Source of the DNA: Octopus vulgaris
Lineage: Eukaryota
DNA length: 64,000 nt
Direction: 5' to 3'
Assembly (NCBI GenBank): GCA_951406725.2
Contig: OX597824.1
Span: 70,618,001-70,682,000, forward strand
Numbering within the stretch: position 1 is the first letter of the stretch; each line of letters starts with the position of its first letter. Shown here one piece after another: positions 49,938 through 62,840 of the stretch. The notes beneath the pieces are model-generated. The model saw only the letters and a list, made by a program, of their open reading frames with translations, had not been told where the DNA came from and searched no databases. Made by a program: the position numbers and the translations under genes.

Positions 49938-50668
49938 ATATATATATCTGTATATGTATCATCATCATTTAATGTCCGTTTTCCATGCTGCATGGGCTGG
50001 ATGGTTTGACTGGAGCTGGCAAGCTGGAGAGCTGCACCAGGCTCCAGTCTGATTTGGCATGGTTTCTATGGTTGGGTGCCTGTATAGGTAAGGCACATAT
50101 TGACCCTGGCCTCTTTTCAACCCTTTTTTTCACTTTCTCAGCTACCATATGATAGTCAGGCACTGTTTATTTTAAAAGATTTTTTTTTTTAAAAGAATAA
50201 ATGGGAGAGGGGAACCGATAATTTTGCCTGCAGCCACCACCACCACCACCACTCTCTTCTACACCACTGCTTTCACAGTTACCCCACCGCCAACATCACC
50301 TTCACTACCATCTTTCATCTTTTCCTCTGCTGAAAGCATTAGGGCAAGTTAACGAATCCACTAATCAAACATTTCTCAGAAAAGCTTTTAGTTTGATTTT
50401 TAAAAATTAAATATATATGCATATAAATATAAAATTATTACATTATATTGGCTATGCCTTTTTTTAAGTATTTGTTGCTTGCTTCTGAGTATATATGTAT
50501 ATACATTTGTTAGTGCATGTGTCCATTTATGTGTGTATGTGTGTATACACACACACAAATCTATACCCAATTACACACAAAAATACATATACAAAATTTG
50601 TGTACTTTTTGTCTTCCTGAGCAATAAAGACAACAGGAAGTTTAGGGCACTTTAGGTTGTTTATTATA

Positions 50669-50699
<31 letters not shown>

Positions 50700-50760
50700 C
50701 ATTATTATTATTATTATTATTATCATCATTATTATTATTATTATTATTATCATTATCATC

Positions 50761-50795
<35 letters not shown>

Positions 50796-52323
50796 TATTT
50801 TTATTATTATTATTATTATTGTCATCATCATACTGATGATCAATATTGTCAACGTAATGCCCTCACATCCGTAGTCCTTGCAGCAATAATAGCAATTATT
50901 ATTATCATTAGTATTATTACGATTATTATCATCTTACTCTAAGTTATTGCTTACTTTCTTTCTCTCCTGCTATGTACACTCACACACACACACACACACA
51001 CATCCCACACACTCACAAATACACCATTGCTATTGCTATGGCCATCTCTAAAAGCCACGGTGGTAGGTGATTGGAGGTAGGGTGAGTGAATAATGGGTTT
51101 GTCTGATCCAGCCCCATCCGCTAGCTATGGATACGGGGCCAATATTCCTTTTTTTTTTCCTCTTTTTCTATTCTTTTTTTTTTAACTTCCAGAAAGGAAA
51201 AGCAAAATCTAACTGCAAGAAAAAAAAATAGACACAAAAAAACATCAATTTACATAATAAAGATGTTTTCTTTTTGCAGAATTGGAAAATAAATAAAAAT
51301 GAATAAAAAAATTTTGAAAAATAAGAAAAGAGAATTATGCAAAATAAATAATTAAAACACATTGCTTTGTGGATGCAAGGAATTGAAGATAATGGTAATA
51401 ATAATAATGATAATAATAATAATAATGATGATGATGATGATGGTAATAATTGTAATAATAATAATAATTACTATTATTATTATCATTATTATTATTAATG
51501 ATAATAATAATAATGGTGATGATGATAAATAGATTTTCTTTTTAATAAATATAGTAAATAAAAATAAAGTAAATATATTTTTAAAAAAATTGAGAAAATG
51601 AAGAAAATCTTTCTAAGATTATTGAAACAAATATCTACAAATTGGTTTTAAAATATCGATTGGTGTCGGAAGTTATTTCAAGGAAGAGGAGATACCGAAA
51701 CCAGAACCAGCTTAAGCCCCAGCCCAGCCCAGCCCAGCCTAGCCCAACTCAGACCAGCCCAGACCAGACCACATTTCTCGGTTTAATGCAAGATGAGAGC
51801 CTTTATATGTGCGTGCGTGCGTGTGTGAAGGGTTGGGTGTGAAGCAGCAGTGAAGAGTTACAGTAGCGAGGTGTGTTTTGTGCGGCATGGAGTGAAGGAT
51901 TGAGATGCAGTTTCTGAGACATGATGGTGATGGTGGAGATGGGGACGAGTGGCTGGGTAGGTGTGTGGCGCTGATGAGTTTCATTTGGTGGAAATCTTTT
52001 TGATGAGATCAAATCCTTTCCTTTCATTTTGAATTTTTTTTTTCCCTTCCTATTTTTTTTAAAACAAAATTTTTTTTTCCTTCTCCATTTTTTCTTTCTT
52101 TTCCCTGTTTTTTAAAAAAAAAATGTTTTCCTTTTTTTTTGGTTTATTCATTTTTCTTTTTATTTATGTATTTGTTTATGTAATAAAAAAAATAACAGTT
52201 TAAAGTTGAATTGTATAAGAGGAAGAGGAGGGAGTCATAAAACGGGGGTGAAATGAAAGAAAACAAAGCAAAATATGTTAGCATCGTGTTGTTTGAAATA
52301 TATGTATTTCACGGCATCTATAA

Positions 52324-52354
<31 letters not shown>

Positions 52355-53925
52355 CACACGCACTTATATGCATGCAATATATGTATATACATAAAAATAT
52401 GAAATTCACATGACAAATTTTCACTGATGACAAAGTAAATACAACGGCAAAGAAACAAAAAGTAAAACAAAAAAAAAAACAAATCTATTACTTCATTCCA
52501 TCCATCCTGTCATGTGGGAATGAGGGGAGGAGTACTCATGCATGGTCTGTGGAACTGTGGAATTGGTAAAAACCTCGAAGGCTCTAAAGACTAAATTGAT
52601 AGTCATAACGATAACTCGCAAAAAAAAAAAGAAAGAAAGAAAGAAAAGAAAAAGCAAAAGGCGACCCTTATCTTGATCTTGTTGTTGCTGCTGCTGGTGA
52701 TGATGATGTTGATAATGCTTTAGTGTTTATTGTTGTCATGTTTATTTTAGTGAAAAGAAAAAAAAAATATTATTTCCGTTTTATTTTTTATTTTTTTCCC
52801 CCCCAAATGCAATTTTGTAAGCACCTCCCACAATTTAACACGATAAAACGAGGGAAAAAAATTGAAAAATAATTGAAGCCAAATCTTTGAATTGAACTTG
52901 TTTCCTCTGTTTTTAAAAGAACCAGGCTTTTTTCTTTCTTTTCTTTTCTTTATCCCCATTCCCTCTCTTTTCCTTCTTTTTTTTTTTTCAAGTAATTGTA
53001 AACACACATCAGAAGTGTGTGCATGTGTATATATGAAATATATATATATATATATATATACATACACACATGCACACACACACACATACACACATATGTG
53101 TGTGTGTGCGTTTCAGCTGAGTAAATGTTTGTTTTACTCCTTTGTTTAAGAAGGAGATGATCCAATACATGAGAATAATACAATTCACAAATACAGAGAC
53201 TCCTCTTCACTCCTCTTCATCTTCCAGAATTGTGTTCATTGGTTGTTTAGTTTTTGATTTTGTTTATATTTAAAAAAGAAAAAGAAAAAAATTATCCCCT
53301 ACCCCCCTCTCTCTCTCTTCTCCCTGTCTTTTTGTTTTTTCGCTCTTTTGATGAAATAATGGATCAGGAAGTCAATTTACTTTCGTTAATGTTTTGATTG
53401 ATTTCAATGATACAAGCATCAGTTGATCAAGAGGTAAGACGCTCATAACGAGACACTGCAGCACAGTTTCATTTCATTTAATTTCCCCAATTCAGGTTTT
53501 GCTAATGCCAAGGGTGGGTTTTTTTTTTTTATCTCTGGTTTCATTTCTTTAATTCCATTATGCAGGTGTGGTTGTGTGGTAAGAAGTTTGTTTCCCAACC
53601 ACATGGTTTCAGGTTCAGTCTCAGTGTGTAGCACCTTGAGCATATGTTTTCTATTATTGCTCTGGGCCATGTGAGTGGATTTGGTAGATGGAAACTGAAA
53701 GAAACCCATTGTGCGTGTGTGTGTACATATAATAGTAAATGATCCACAAGCACTCAAGCAAACTGTCTTCAACTTGTTCCATTCGCCAAAAGGTTTGCAA
53801 GGCACCAGCAGGCCCCAAGGGACACATTCTTCTCTATAGAACATGATTACCACTTTATTTTACTGAACCCTTATTTGTTGTTCATGATGAGAGAATCCAT
53901 CAAATATATATATGTGTGTGTGTGT

Positions 53926-54220
53926 GGAGGCACAATGGCCCAGTGGTTAGGGCAGCGGACTCATGGTCATAGGATCACGGTTTTGATTCCCAGACCGGGC
54001 GTTGTGTTTGTTGAGCGAAAACACCTAAAGCTCCACGAGGCTCAGGTAGGAGGTGGTGGTGATCCCTGCTGTACTCTTTCGCCACAACTTTCTCTCACTC
54101 TTTCTTCTGTCGGCCTGCTCGCTTAGCCAGCGGGGTGGCGTCTTTCGAAGGCTAAAACGATGCAAAGTGCGTTGTGACCAGCGATGTGTAGCAACATCTG
54201 ATAGCTTGGTTCGTCATGAG
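53926..54220 (+). mobile_element. tRNA-derived SINE (distinct CpG-rich body)
   Basis: GGAGGCACAATGGCCCAGTGGTTAGGGCAGCGGACTC...GGTTTTGATTCCC head and GTTGAGCGAAAACACCT core. Confidence 0.65.
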
Positions 54221-55214
54221 GGTTGCATTTACAACCCCTATCTCAATTTGTATATATATATATATATATATATATGGTACTGCACAAAAAGCACCCATGC
54301 CAGTTCCATGTAGATAAGCACCCATGCTTTAGTTCTCACACATGGGACATCTTTTCTATTGCTATGGTGTCACAGACACTTTATTGTGCCTGTGATACCA
54401 TAGTTTACTTAGTGTATGTGTGTATGTAATGAAATGGAATATGTTGAGTGATGTTCCATTCAGTGTAAACTGAGGAGACTGATAATATCTATAAATGATA
54501 CATTTATAAATTCTCAATTAATTTCTGGTGATAAAAATATATTTAAAAAAATGGATTTAAGTATGTAATTTAAAAAGAGAGAATGCAGCATGTGCTTTTC
54601 TATGTCATCATTAACGTGGTCATTCTATAATTTGGAGCAGGATAAGATCCAAGTCCTGTCAGCAAGCTTTTTGCCCCCATTTCTCTGTAATATTGGTACT
54701 CCAAATTTTATTTGTCTTTACATTCTGAGTTCAAATTCCACCAAGGTCAACTTTGCCTTTTATCCTTTCAGGGTCGATAAATTAAGTACCAGTTGCATGC
54801 TGGGATCGATCTAATTGATTGGCCTCCTCCCCCCAAAAATTTTAGGCCTTGTGCCTAGAGTAGAAAAGAATATTGGTGCTCCAAATGTTTGATGTCATTT
54901 ATTGTTGTGCAGCTCAGAAATTAATTCATGTAAGGTGGCGAGCTGGCAGAATCGTTAGCACACCGGGCGAAATGCTTAGCGGTATTTCGTCTGCCAAGGT
55001 CTTTGTCTTTGTTTGTCCCCTCTATGTTTAGTCCCTTGTGGGCAATAAAGAAATAAAGAATTAATTCATGTATAAAATACTGTTTGTTATTTAATGCATA
55101 AACAATTAATAAATCTTCCCAAGCAGGGCCACTTGCTTACAAACAAATAATCCTTCTCTATCTCATATCTTGTTGCTTGTGTGAGATATTCTGAGGAACT
55201 GGTTAGGACTTATT

Positions 55215-55935
55215 GGACTGTATAGTAGTAGAGTTGTTGTGAGGAGACTGAGAGTGTTGGTCAGTTGGTCTAGGATAGAGTCACAAGATCAGACTGTATA
55301 GTAATAATTGTTGTTGTGATGTTGTTTATAATATTGGTCATTTGGTCAAGAATTGTCACAAGATCAAACTGTAAATTAATAATTGTTGTGATGTTACTGA
55401 GAGTATTAGTCAGTTGGTCTAGGACAGTCACAAGATCAGGCTGTATATTAATAATTGTTGTTGTGAAGTTGCTTATAATAGTGGTCAGTTGGTCAAGAAC
55501 AGTCACAAGATTGAACTGTATAGTAATAATTGATGTGAAGTTACTGAGAGTATTGGTCAGTTGGTCAAGGACCGTCACAAGATCAGACTGTATAGTAATA
55601 ATTGTTGATGTGAGGTTACTGAGAGTATTGGTCAGTTGGTCAAGGACCGTCACAAGATCAGACTGTATAGTAATAATTGTTGTTGTGAGGTTACTGAGAG
55701 TATTGGTCAGTTAGTCAAGGACAGTCACAAGATCAGACTGTATAGTAATAATTGTTGTTGTGAGGTTACTGAGAGTATTGGTCAGTTGGTCAGATATAGT
55801 CAGTTACATCACTGGACTATATAGTAATATTTATTGTTGTGCAGAAACTATGATTGTTGTTGGTCAGTGACATAGTCACAAGTTCAGACTCTAGTAGAAA
55901 TTATTGTTTGTGAGGTGACCAAGAGTGTTGGTCAG
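55215..55935. repeat. 72/75-bp minisatellite, about 9-10 units
   Basis: GTCACAAG anchor at 55280, 55355, 55427, 55502, 55574, 55649 and 55724, giving spacings of 75, 72, 75, 72, 75 and 75. Units are degenerate at both ends. Confidence 0.92.
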
Positions 55936-56730
55936 AGAAGACAAGATGAAACTGAGTCTAATTTAAATTACTGTTTTATCTCTCGTCTCTCTATGATTGA
56001 TAGGCTCAGCATGGTCAGGCAGATGATTAAATTGATCTTTGTATTAGACATAATTTATGGCTTTAGTTCAAACCTTGTCTGATGATTTTGCCTTTCATTT
56101 TTCCAGGATCAATAACAATAATAATAATAATATTCATTTCAAATTTTGGCACCAGGCCAGCAATTTCAGGAGAGGGGATAAATTGATTCCATAAGTAACC
56201 TTGCCCAGACTTGTACCTTGGAGGCTAACTTTCTAGGTGCAATCCTATGGCCATTCATGTCTGAAGCAGGTCTTTACCCTTTACTCTAGTAGAGAGGAGC
56301 ATAGCTTTATGTCAGGTGATGAGCGACTAAGTTATAAGAGAGGGACAAGCACAGGTGTCTTGATACAGAGGAGATACATGGCTGCATTATAATAAGGGTG
56401 GGTGGGAGTAACTGGAAAGAAAACACAGATGGTGGTGAGGGTTTCGTGACATAAACTCAAGATACAAAATGGTGAATATATGAGGAAATATTGACCAAGG
56501 ATGGGCAAGGGTGAATGAATAAATTCATTAATGTGAGAAGAGAGTGGCAGATGGTTAGAGATGGAGGCAGTGAATGGAACATAGTGGGGTGATGTGGTTG
56601 ATTACAAATATCTAATGCAATCAGCATTAAACCTTAAGAGTTAATTAATAATATTGCTTTTTTTTTTTGTGGTCATTGTTTTCTTTATCTCTCACTGAAT
56701 CACTCACTTTCTCTGTCTTCTTTTTTCCAG

Positions 56731-56804
56731 ATACAAGAAATACTCTAATGACCTTTGTTACAAGTGCAGGCACACAAGACCGTTCCATTCAAGTGCTTTA
56801 CTAT
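56731..56804 (+). CDS. Candidate 74-nt internal exon of an unidentified gene
   Basis: Long polypyrimidine tract ending TTTTTTCCAG, and donor GTAAGT. Two open frames: xTRNTLMTFVTSAGTQDRSIQVLYY or YKKYSNDLCYKCRHTRPFHSSALL. Coding status and frame are unresolved. Confidence 0.55.
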
Positions 56805-57260
56805 GTAAGTAACAGTTGAAGTGATATTGTTTCCCACCTTTACTTTGTATTCTAGATGCTTCTGTGAGGTTGGGATGAAGGCCGGACACTCACTTGCATT
56901 CTGTCCTTTTCTTGTATCTGATCTTGATTTACTTGCAGCTCTGTTGATTTTATTGTAAAATCATTGGGTTCGGATTTTATGGGAACTATTTTTTTATTTG
57001 TTCTTGTTTTTTATTTGTTCTTGTTTTACATCTATTTTGCCATACCAGTATGAGTTAGATGAATACAAATTGTTCATGTGATGTTTTACAATTGGATGTC
57101 CTTCCTGTTGGCAACCTTTGACTAATTTTTTTTACAGCTCCACACATCTTTGAAAGTGCAGGACCCCCAGACAGTTTGTTGGTAGGAAAAGGACAGCAAC
57201 TGAATCTCATATGATTACTGAATGTGAACATTCATACAGACATGTGCCTGCATGTACATA

Positions 57261-57323
57261 TATTGGGTCATCCCATAAATAATGCGTTTTTTTTTTATAC
57301 TTCTTTTATGGGATGACCCAATA
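57261..57323. mobile_element. 63-bp mariner-type mini-MITE (hairpin)
   Basis: TATTGGGTCATCCCATAAA and TTTATGGGATGACCCAATA form a perfect 19-bp inverted repeat including the TA TSD. Confidence 0.7.
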
Positions 57324-57779
57324 TATATCTGTCTATACACTTACACACACATCACCATCATGTGACATCTGTCTTCCATGTTGGCATGGGTTGGACTCCG
57401 CAACAGGAGTTAGTAACCCAGAAGACTGTGTCAGGCCTGTGTATGTATATATCATCACCATCATTTAACGTCCGTCTTTCATGCATGCATGCATGTGTAG
57501 GACAGTTGAGAGGCTACTGTCTCTACACACAAACACATACATATATACACATGTTGGGCTTTATTCAGTTTCCATCTACAAAATTCATTCACAAGGTATT
57601 TGGTTGGACTGGAGCAATAGAAGATACTTGTTTTGCTCAAAGGGTCATACAGTAGGACTGAAGATGATGCCACACCAAAGTGAAGAAAACTTCTTAACTA
57701 CACAAATATGTTTACACTTCTATGATTTTGTTCATGTGTATGTATGTGTAGATGTGTGTATATATATATATATATATAA

Positions 57780-58390
57780 TGGTTTCAAATTTTGGCACAA
57801 AGCCTGAAATCTTGGGGAAAGAGGGCCAGTTAATTACATCGACCCTAGTGCTCAATCTGAAACGATGAAAGGCAATGTTGACCCCCAGCAGAATTTGAAC
57901 TCAGATCATAAAGACATATGAAATGCTGTTAAGCATTTTGTCTGGCATGCTAACAGCTCTGCCAGCTTGCCACCTTAATAATAATAATAATAATTCTTTC
58001 TACTAAAGGCACAAGCCCTGAAATTCTTTTTGTGGGGTAGGGGAACTAGTTGATTACATCAATCCCAGTGTTTCACTGATACTTAATTTATTGAGCCTGA
58101 AAGGATGAAAGGCAGAATTTGAACTCAGAACATCAAAGTGGACGAAATACCACTAAGCATTTTGCCTGGTGTGCTAACAATTCTACCAGCTCACCACCTT
58201 CATTCTACCCTAGGTACAAGACCTAAAATTTGGGAGGAGGGGGCAAGTCAATTACATTGATTGCAGTGCCCAAAAGGATGAAAGGCAAAGTCAACCTTGG
58301 CAGAATTTGAACTCAGAACATAGTGATGGGTGAAATGCCGCTAAGCATTTTGTCCAGTGTGCTAACGATTCTGCCAGCTTGCCACTTTAA
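57780..58390 (-). mobile_element. Three tandem SINE B copies
   Basis: Three reverse-complement head-to-tail copies separated by (TAA)n or short spacers. Confidence 0.8.
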
Positions 58391-59489
58391 ATAGCAATAA
58401 TAATAATAATCATTATTGTATATTTGGGGAGTTAGCTCCCTTTTGTAAACCAGAGTTATTGCAAATATAACTGTGAGTTGCAGTTTCAACTTCTTTATCA
58501 AGGACTTTCCAATTTTTCGTTATTAGTTTCTTATGTTCTGTTGAGACCAATGCATTTTCTAAGGTGCCATTAATGTTGATAACAAATGAGAATCACGGAA
58601 AGAAAGACAGACAATCATGGTGGCGTTGGTGATGGATTTGCTCTTGTGTTTCTCATCTAACATTATTAAAAAGAAAAAAAAGAAAAGAACAAAAACAACA
58701 ATGGCCACCACTACAGACATTTCATCCAGATAATATGATGTGGTCTGTGGAACAATAAATGACCATGGTCTGTCGACTGTGACCATTTATTGTTCCAAAT
58801 AGTGTGATTGGAATAAATATGAAAAAATCCTTTATTAAATGTTAAAACTGGATTATAACCAGGTTTTTTTGTAACACACACACACACACACATACACACT
58901 ATATGTGTGTGTGTGATTTGGTTGAGTCATGGTTTTTTCCCCTCCCTCGCACCCTATAGATGTGTGTGTGTGAGAGAGAGAGAGAGATTGAGACAAAAGT
59001 AGGTGACTGGATGGTGAGAAAAAGAATAGATGTAAGGATTCAGAGTGATTTAAAGCAACAAGAACTGAATAAGGGAGTGATACATTATATATGAGAGAAG
59101 TCGGGGTGGGTGGGTGGGGAGAAGAGGTGAATGAGGGGAAAGAGTAAATGTAAGATTGAGTGTATTTAACCCTTTTGATACCAAACCACCTGACATGGTC
59201 CTTGGTCTTGTGATACAAACTTCCTGTTAATTTATGATCCAAACATCAGTTTAACAATGACGGTTATTTTACTAAATTCTTCTTCATTTTCAAAATTAAT
59301 TCAATTATAAACAAAAGCAATTACTTTGTCTGTTTGTCTTTCGCCCTCCCTCCTACTCATCTCTATTCTCCTACTCTCTCAACTCACTTTTTGTTCTCTA
59401 TCTATCTCTCTTTTTCTCTCTCTCACTCTCCCTCCTTGTTCTCCCTCTCCATCCTTCCTCTCCCTCTCCATCCTTCCTCTCCCTCTCTC

Positions 59490-59994
59490 ATGCGTGGTCA
59501 ACTCAAATTACATTGCGGGGGGAGGGGGGCACTTCAATCACTGAAAGTTTGAGGGCCGCTTGTATACTGACAGAGTTGAAAGCATTTCGTTTTCTCATGC
59601 TATTATTACAATAATGATTGAATGATCGTTGATTCGACATGAAATATTCATCATCATCATCATCATCATCATCATAGTTTAACGTCCGTTTTCCATGCTA
59701 GCGTGGGTTGGACGGTTCAACTAGGGTCTGGGAAGCCAGAAGGCTGCGCCAGGCCCAGTCTGATCTGGCGGTGTTTCTACAGCTGGATGCCCTTCCTAAC
59801 GCCAACCACTCCGTGAGTGTAGTGGGTGCTTTTTACGTGCCCGTTGCAAAAACAGTAATATCTTTCTTTTTTACTTTCATTACAATCTTTAATTTTTGAT
59901 AAAAAATTTTTAAATGTTTATTTAAATAAACCCATTTCAAAAAAGTTTCAAGCAGGCCACATGTGACCGTCAGGCCTCAGGTTGGCCAACCCTG
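59490..59994. mobile_element. hAT-type MITE with nested minus-strand RTE 3' end (59649-59842)
   Basis: Termini CATGCGTGGTCAAC and GTTGGCCAACCCTG. Confidence 0.55.
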
Positions 59995-60000
59995 CTCTAG

Positions 60001-60043
<43 letters not shown>

Positions 60044-60598
60044 CCTCTCTCTCTCCCTCCCTCTAGCATTCCCTTTTTCTCTCTCTAGCATCCCCTCTCT
60101 AGCACATTCTCTCTTTCACTCAGTGTACAGCCAGTCTGCTCTCTCAATCTTACAATACACTCATTTACTCTACCACTCTGTCTCTCACCTCCATCCCTCT
60201 CAACCTACTACGTCCTTTCTTTCTCCATTCCTACCCTCAAAAGTCTCCATAGACATCTGTCATAATTCTGGTGTTGAAGGCTGAAGTCTAGCAAGAATGC
60301 TGTGCTCAACTGACAACTGTTTAAGACCAACTACCAAGATGTTGCCACTTGTCTCTTATCGCATCACACACACACACGCATGCACGTACGTACATAGTAC
60401 TGGTGTCACAATAACATGCATCCACTCTTGTAAAGTGATTGATAGTAGGAAGGGCATTTCCTGACTGCAGAAACCAAAACACAATATGAAATAAACAAGA
60501 CCAACTCCTCCAACTCATCTTGGAGAGTGGTAACTAAGAATCAGTTAAAACTTGTACTCTAACAACCTGGCCAACTCATGTCCATATGGAAACTGGAT

Positions 60599-61060
60599 GT
60601 TAAGTTAAGTTAAGTTTTTGGCTCAAAAAGCAAAAAGCAAGGCCATGTAGCGGGTAAAGGAGTTATGTACAGGGAGGGTGTTCATTGAAAAGAGTTCAGG
60701 CCATTTCTGGTCAAGAGAGACTCTGAACTGAGCGGTCGTCGGCATCTTCACTATCTTGTCCGGCAGCTTATTCCACGGATCCGCAACCCAGACGGAGAAA
60801 GCCCCTCTCCTTCAATCGTCGCAGAAAGAGCTTTTCGGAGTGACCCCGCAGCCGACACTCTGGAGCAGGAGTGAAGAACAGCTCTTTCGAGAGGTTACAC
60901 TTTCCGCTTATGATGTTGTGAGCAAGAATGAGATCACCACGGCGGTGTCGGTTTTCTAGAGAATAAAGGTCGCGCGTCTTCAGCCTTTCTTCATAAGCCA
61001 AATGCTTGAGACCAAGAACCATGCGGGTAGCCAGCTTCTTGAATCTTTCGAGATGATGTA
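60599..61060 (-). mobile_element. 3' end of a CR1-clade LINE with (CTTAA)n tail
   Basis: LERFKKLATRMVLGLKHLAYEERLK..DLYSLENRHRRGDLILAHNII...RLRGHSEKL, a typical CR1 ORF2 C-terminus. The + strand shows (GTTAA)3 at the tail. Confidence 0.85.
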
Positions 61061-62195
61061 TGTTGGTAACAATGGATGTATTACTATTGAGGCTGCGAGC
61101 TGGCAGAATTGTTAGCATGTTGAGCAAAATGCTCAGCAGCATTCTGAGTTCAAATGTCACCAAGGTCCACTTCTGTTATTATCATTATAGCAATAAAGGA
61201 TCATTAGTACGCTGGGTGAAATACTTAGCAGTATTTTGTCTGTTTCTCAAAAATGCTAAGTGTAAAAGATGTTTTATATGACACATTCTACCAGTGTCCG
61301 AAGTTTGAAAGTGTTTAGTTACAAAAAAAACTACTTTTCAAATCTGTAAGTCAAAAGGTAAAGATCCGAAATCTTTACTGTATTTGCCAGTATATAAGGC
61401 ATGCTCTTACATAAAACAAACCTTTACAATTTTGTGGAAAAACAATGCATGATTAATTTAAAGCAATGTGAATAAATATGCATTATATTTGACAGAGTAA
61501 TCTGAATGCTAGTAGATTAAAACAGTAGAATGTGATTTCAGGGAAATGTGGTTGCTGTTTCTAGCAGTCAAGCAACCATGTAAAAGACCCCTTTATTGGA
61601 TCATATAACTGGTGGTGGTGGTGGCAACAAAAAAAGGATTGGAGATGTTGAGTGTGGTGGCGCTGGGGAGTTTCTACTGATGGACAAGATGGTAGAGAGG
61701 AGGGCAGGTTGAACAGTTAAAGGTGTCTCTGAACAACAACAACAGCAACAGACAGTAGAAAGCCCAAAACGTTTGGAGATGATAGCAATAGTGATGAGAG
61801 ATAGTCATTTGTCTACCATCTGTCTGTCTGTCTGTGTTTGTTTGTCTAGCTGTTAAGTGTACAACAGAAAACAGAAAACTCTTCCCCCAAAAAGCAAATC
61901 TGTCTAATGTCTTAAGTGTGTTGGGCACAGATGGTTTGTCATTGTTGACAGTGGTGGTGGTGGTGACGAATACAAGAGATGAAATTCATTTCACAGTTGA
62001 ATGAACTGCATTGTGTGTGTATAGACAGAGAGAGAGTAGGTTAATGACACTTCTATGGATGTGATTATATATATATTTACACACACACACACACACATAT
62101 ATACACATACATATATATACCTATAATATACTTATATATATACATAGAGAGAGAGGGGTTAATGACAAGATTATGGATATGATTTAAATATATAT

Positions 62196-62230
<35 letters not shown>

Positions 62231-62452
62231 AGAACCAACAGAAAAAGTACCATCTTTCAAATAAATACTGGAGTTGATTTGATCACTGAATACTTTTAAA
62301 GTAGTACCCCAGTGTGGAACACCACCTTGAAAAAGTCCAGTAACTGAAACAGGCTAAAGTATATCTCTCTGACTATCTGTAGATAGATAATGCATGTGTA
62401 TTAATTATACATTTTATATATAATCACTGTTCATCATAGTTTTAATTATATA

Positions 62453-62840
62453 TCATCATCATCATTTAATGTCCGTTGTCCATGCTGGCATGGATTGGTT
62501 GCTTTGACCAGAGCTGGAAAGCTATGTAGCTGCACCAGGCTTCAATCTGATTTGGCATGGTTTCTATGGCTGGATGCCCCTCTAAATGCCAACCAGTTTA
62601 CAGTGTGTGCTGGGTGCTTTTATATAGCACTGGAAAGGTGTTTTTACATGGCACCACACAGGTGTTCTTATGTGGCGCCACACAAGCGCTTTTATATGAA
62701 ACTGCCATGAGTCTTTTACACCACCAGAAGGATCGATCTTAACACTTCTGTCACGGATTACGGGTCTTCTTGAGTATGGTAAGGCACCTGGCATTTCGAC
62801 CCTTTGTCATCTCATATGAAAGGTTCAGCATCCTGATGTT
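62453..62840 (-). mobile_element. Old RTE-type 3' UTR
   Basis: (CAT)n tail, terminus and decayed modules. Confidence 0.7.

Noticed and set aside
51961-52020. Hammerhead-like CTGATGA...GAAA...TC
   Set aside because: Stem III can form, but stem I has no complementarity and stem II lacks a closing pair. Likely chance.
57138-57181. Extra exon after ACTAATTTTTTTTACAG
   Set aside because: The donor is weak (GTAGGA) and the acceptor abuts a decayed repeat fragment. Unsupported without RNA data.
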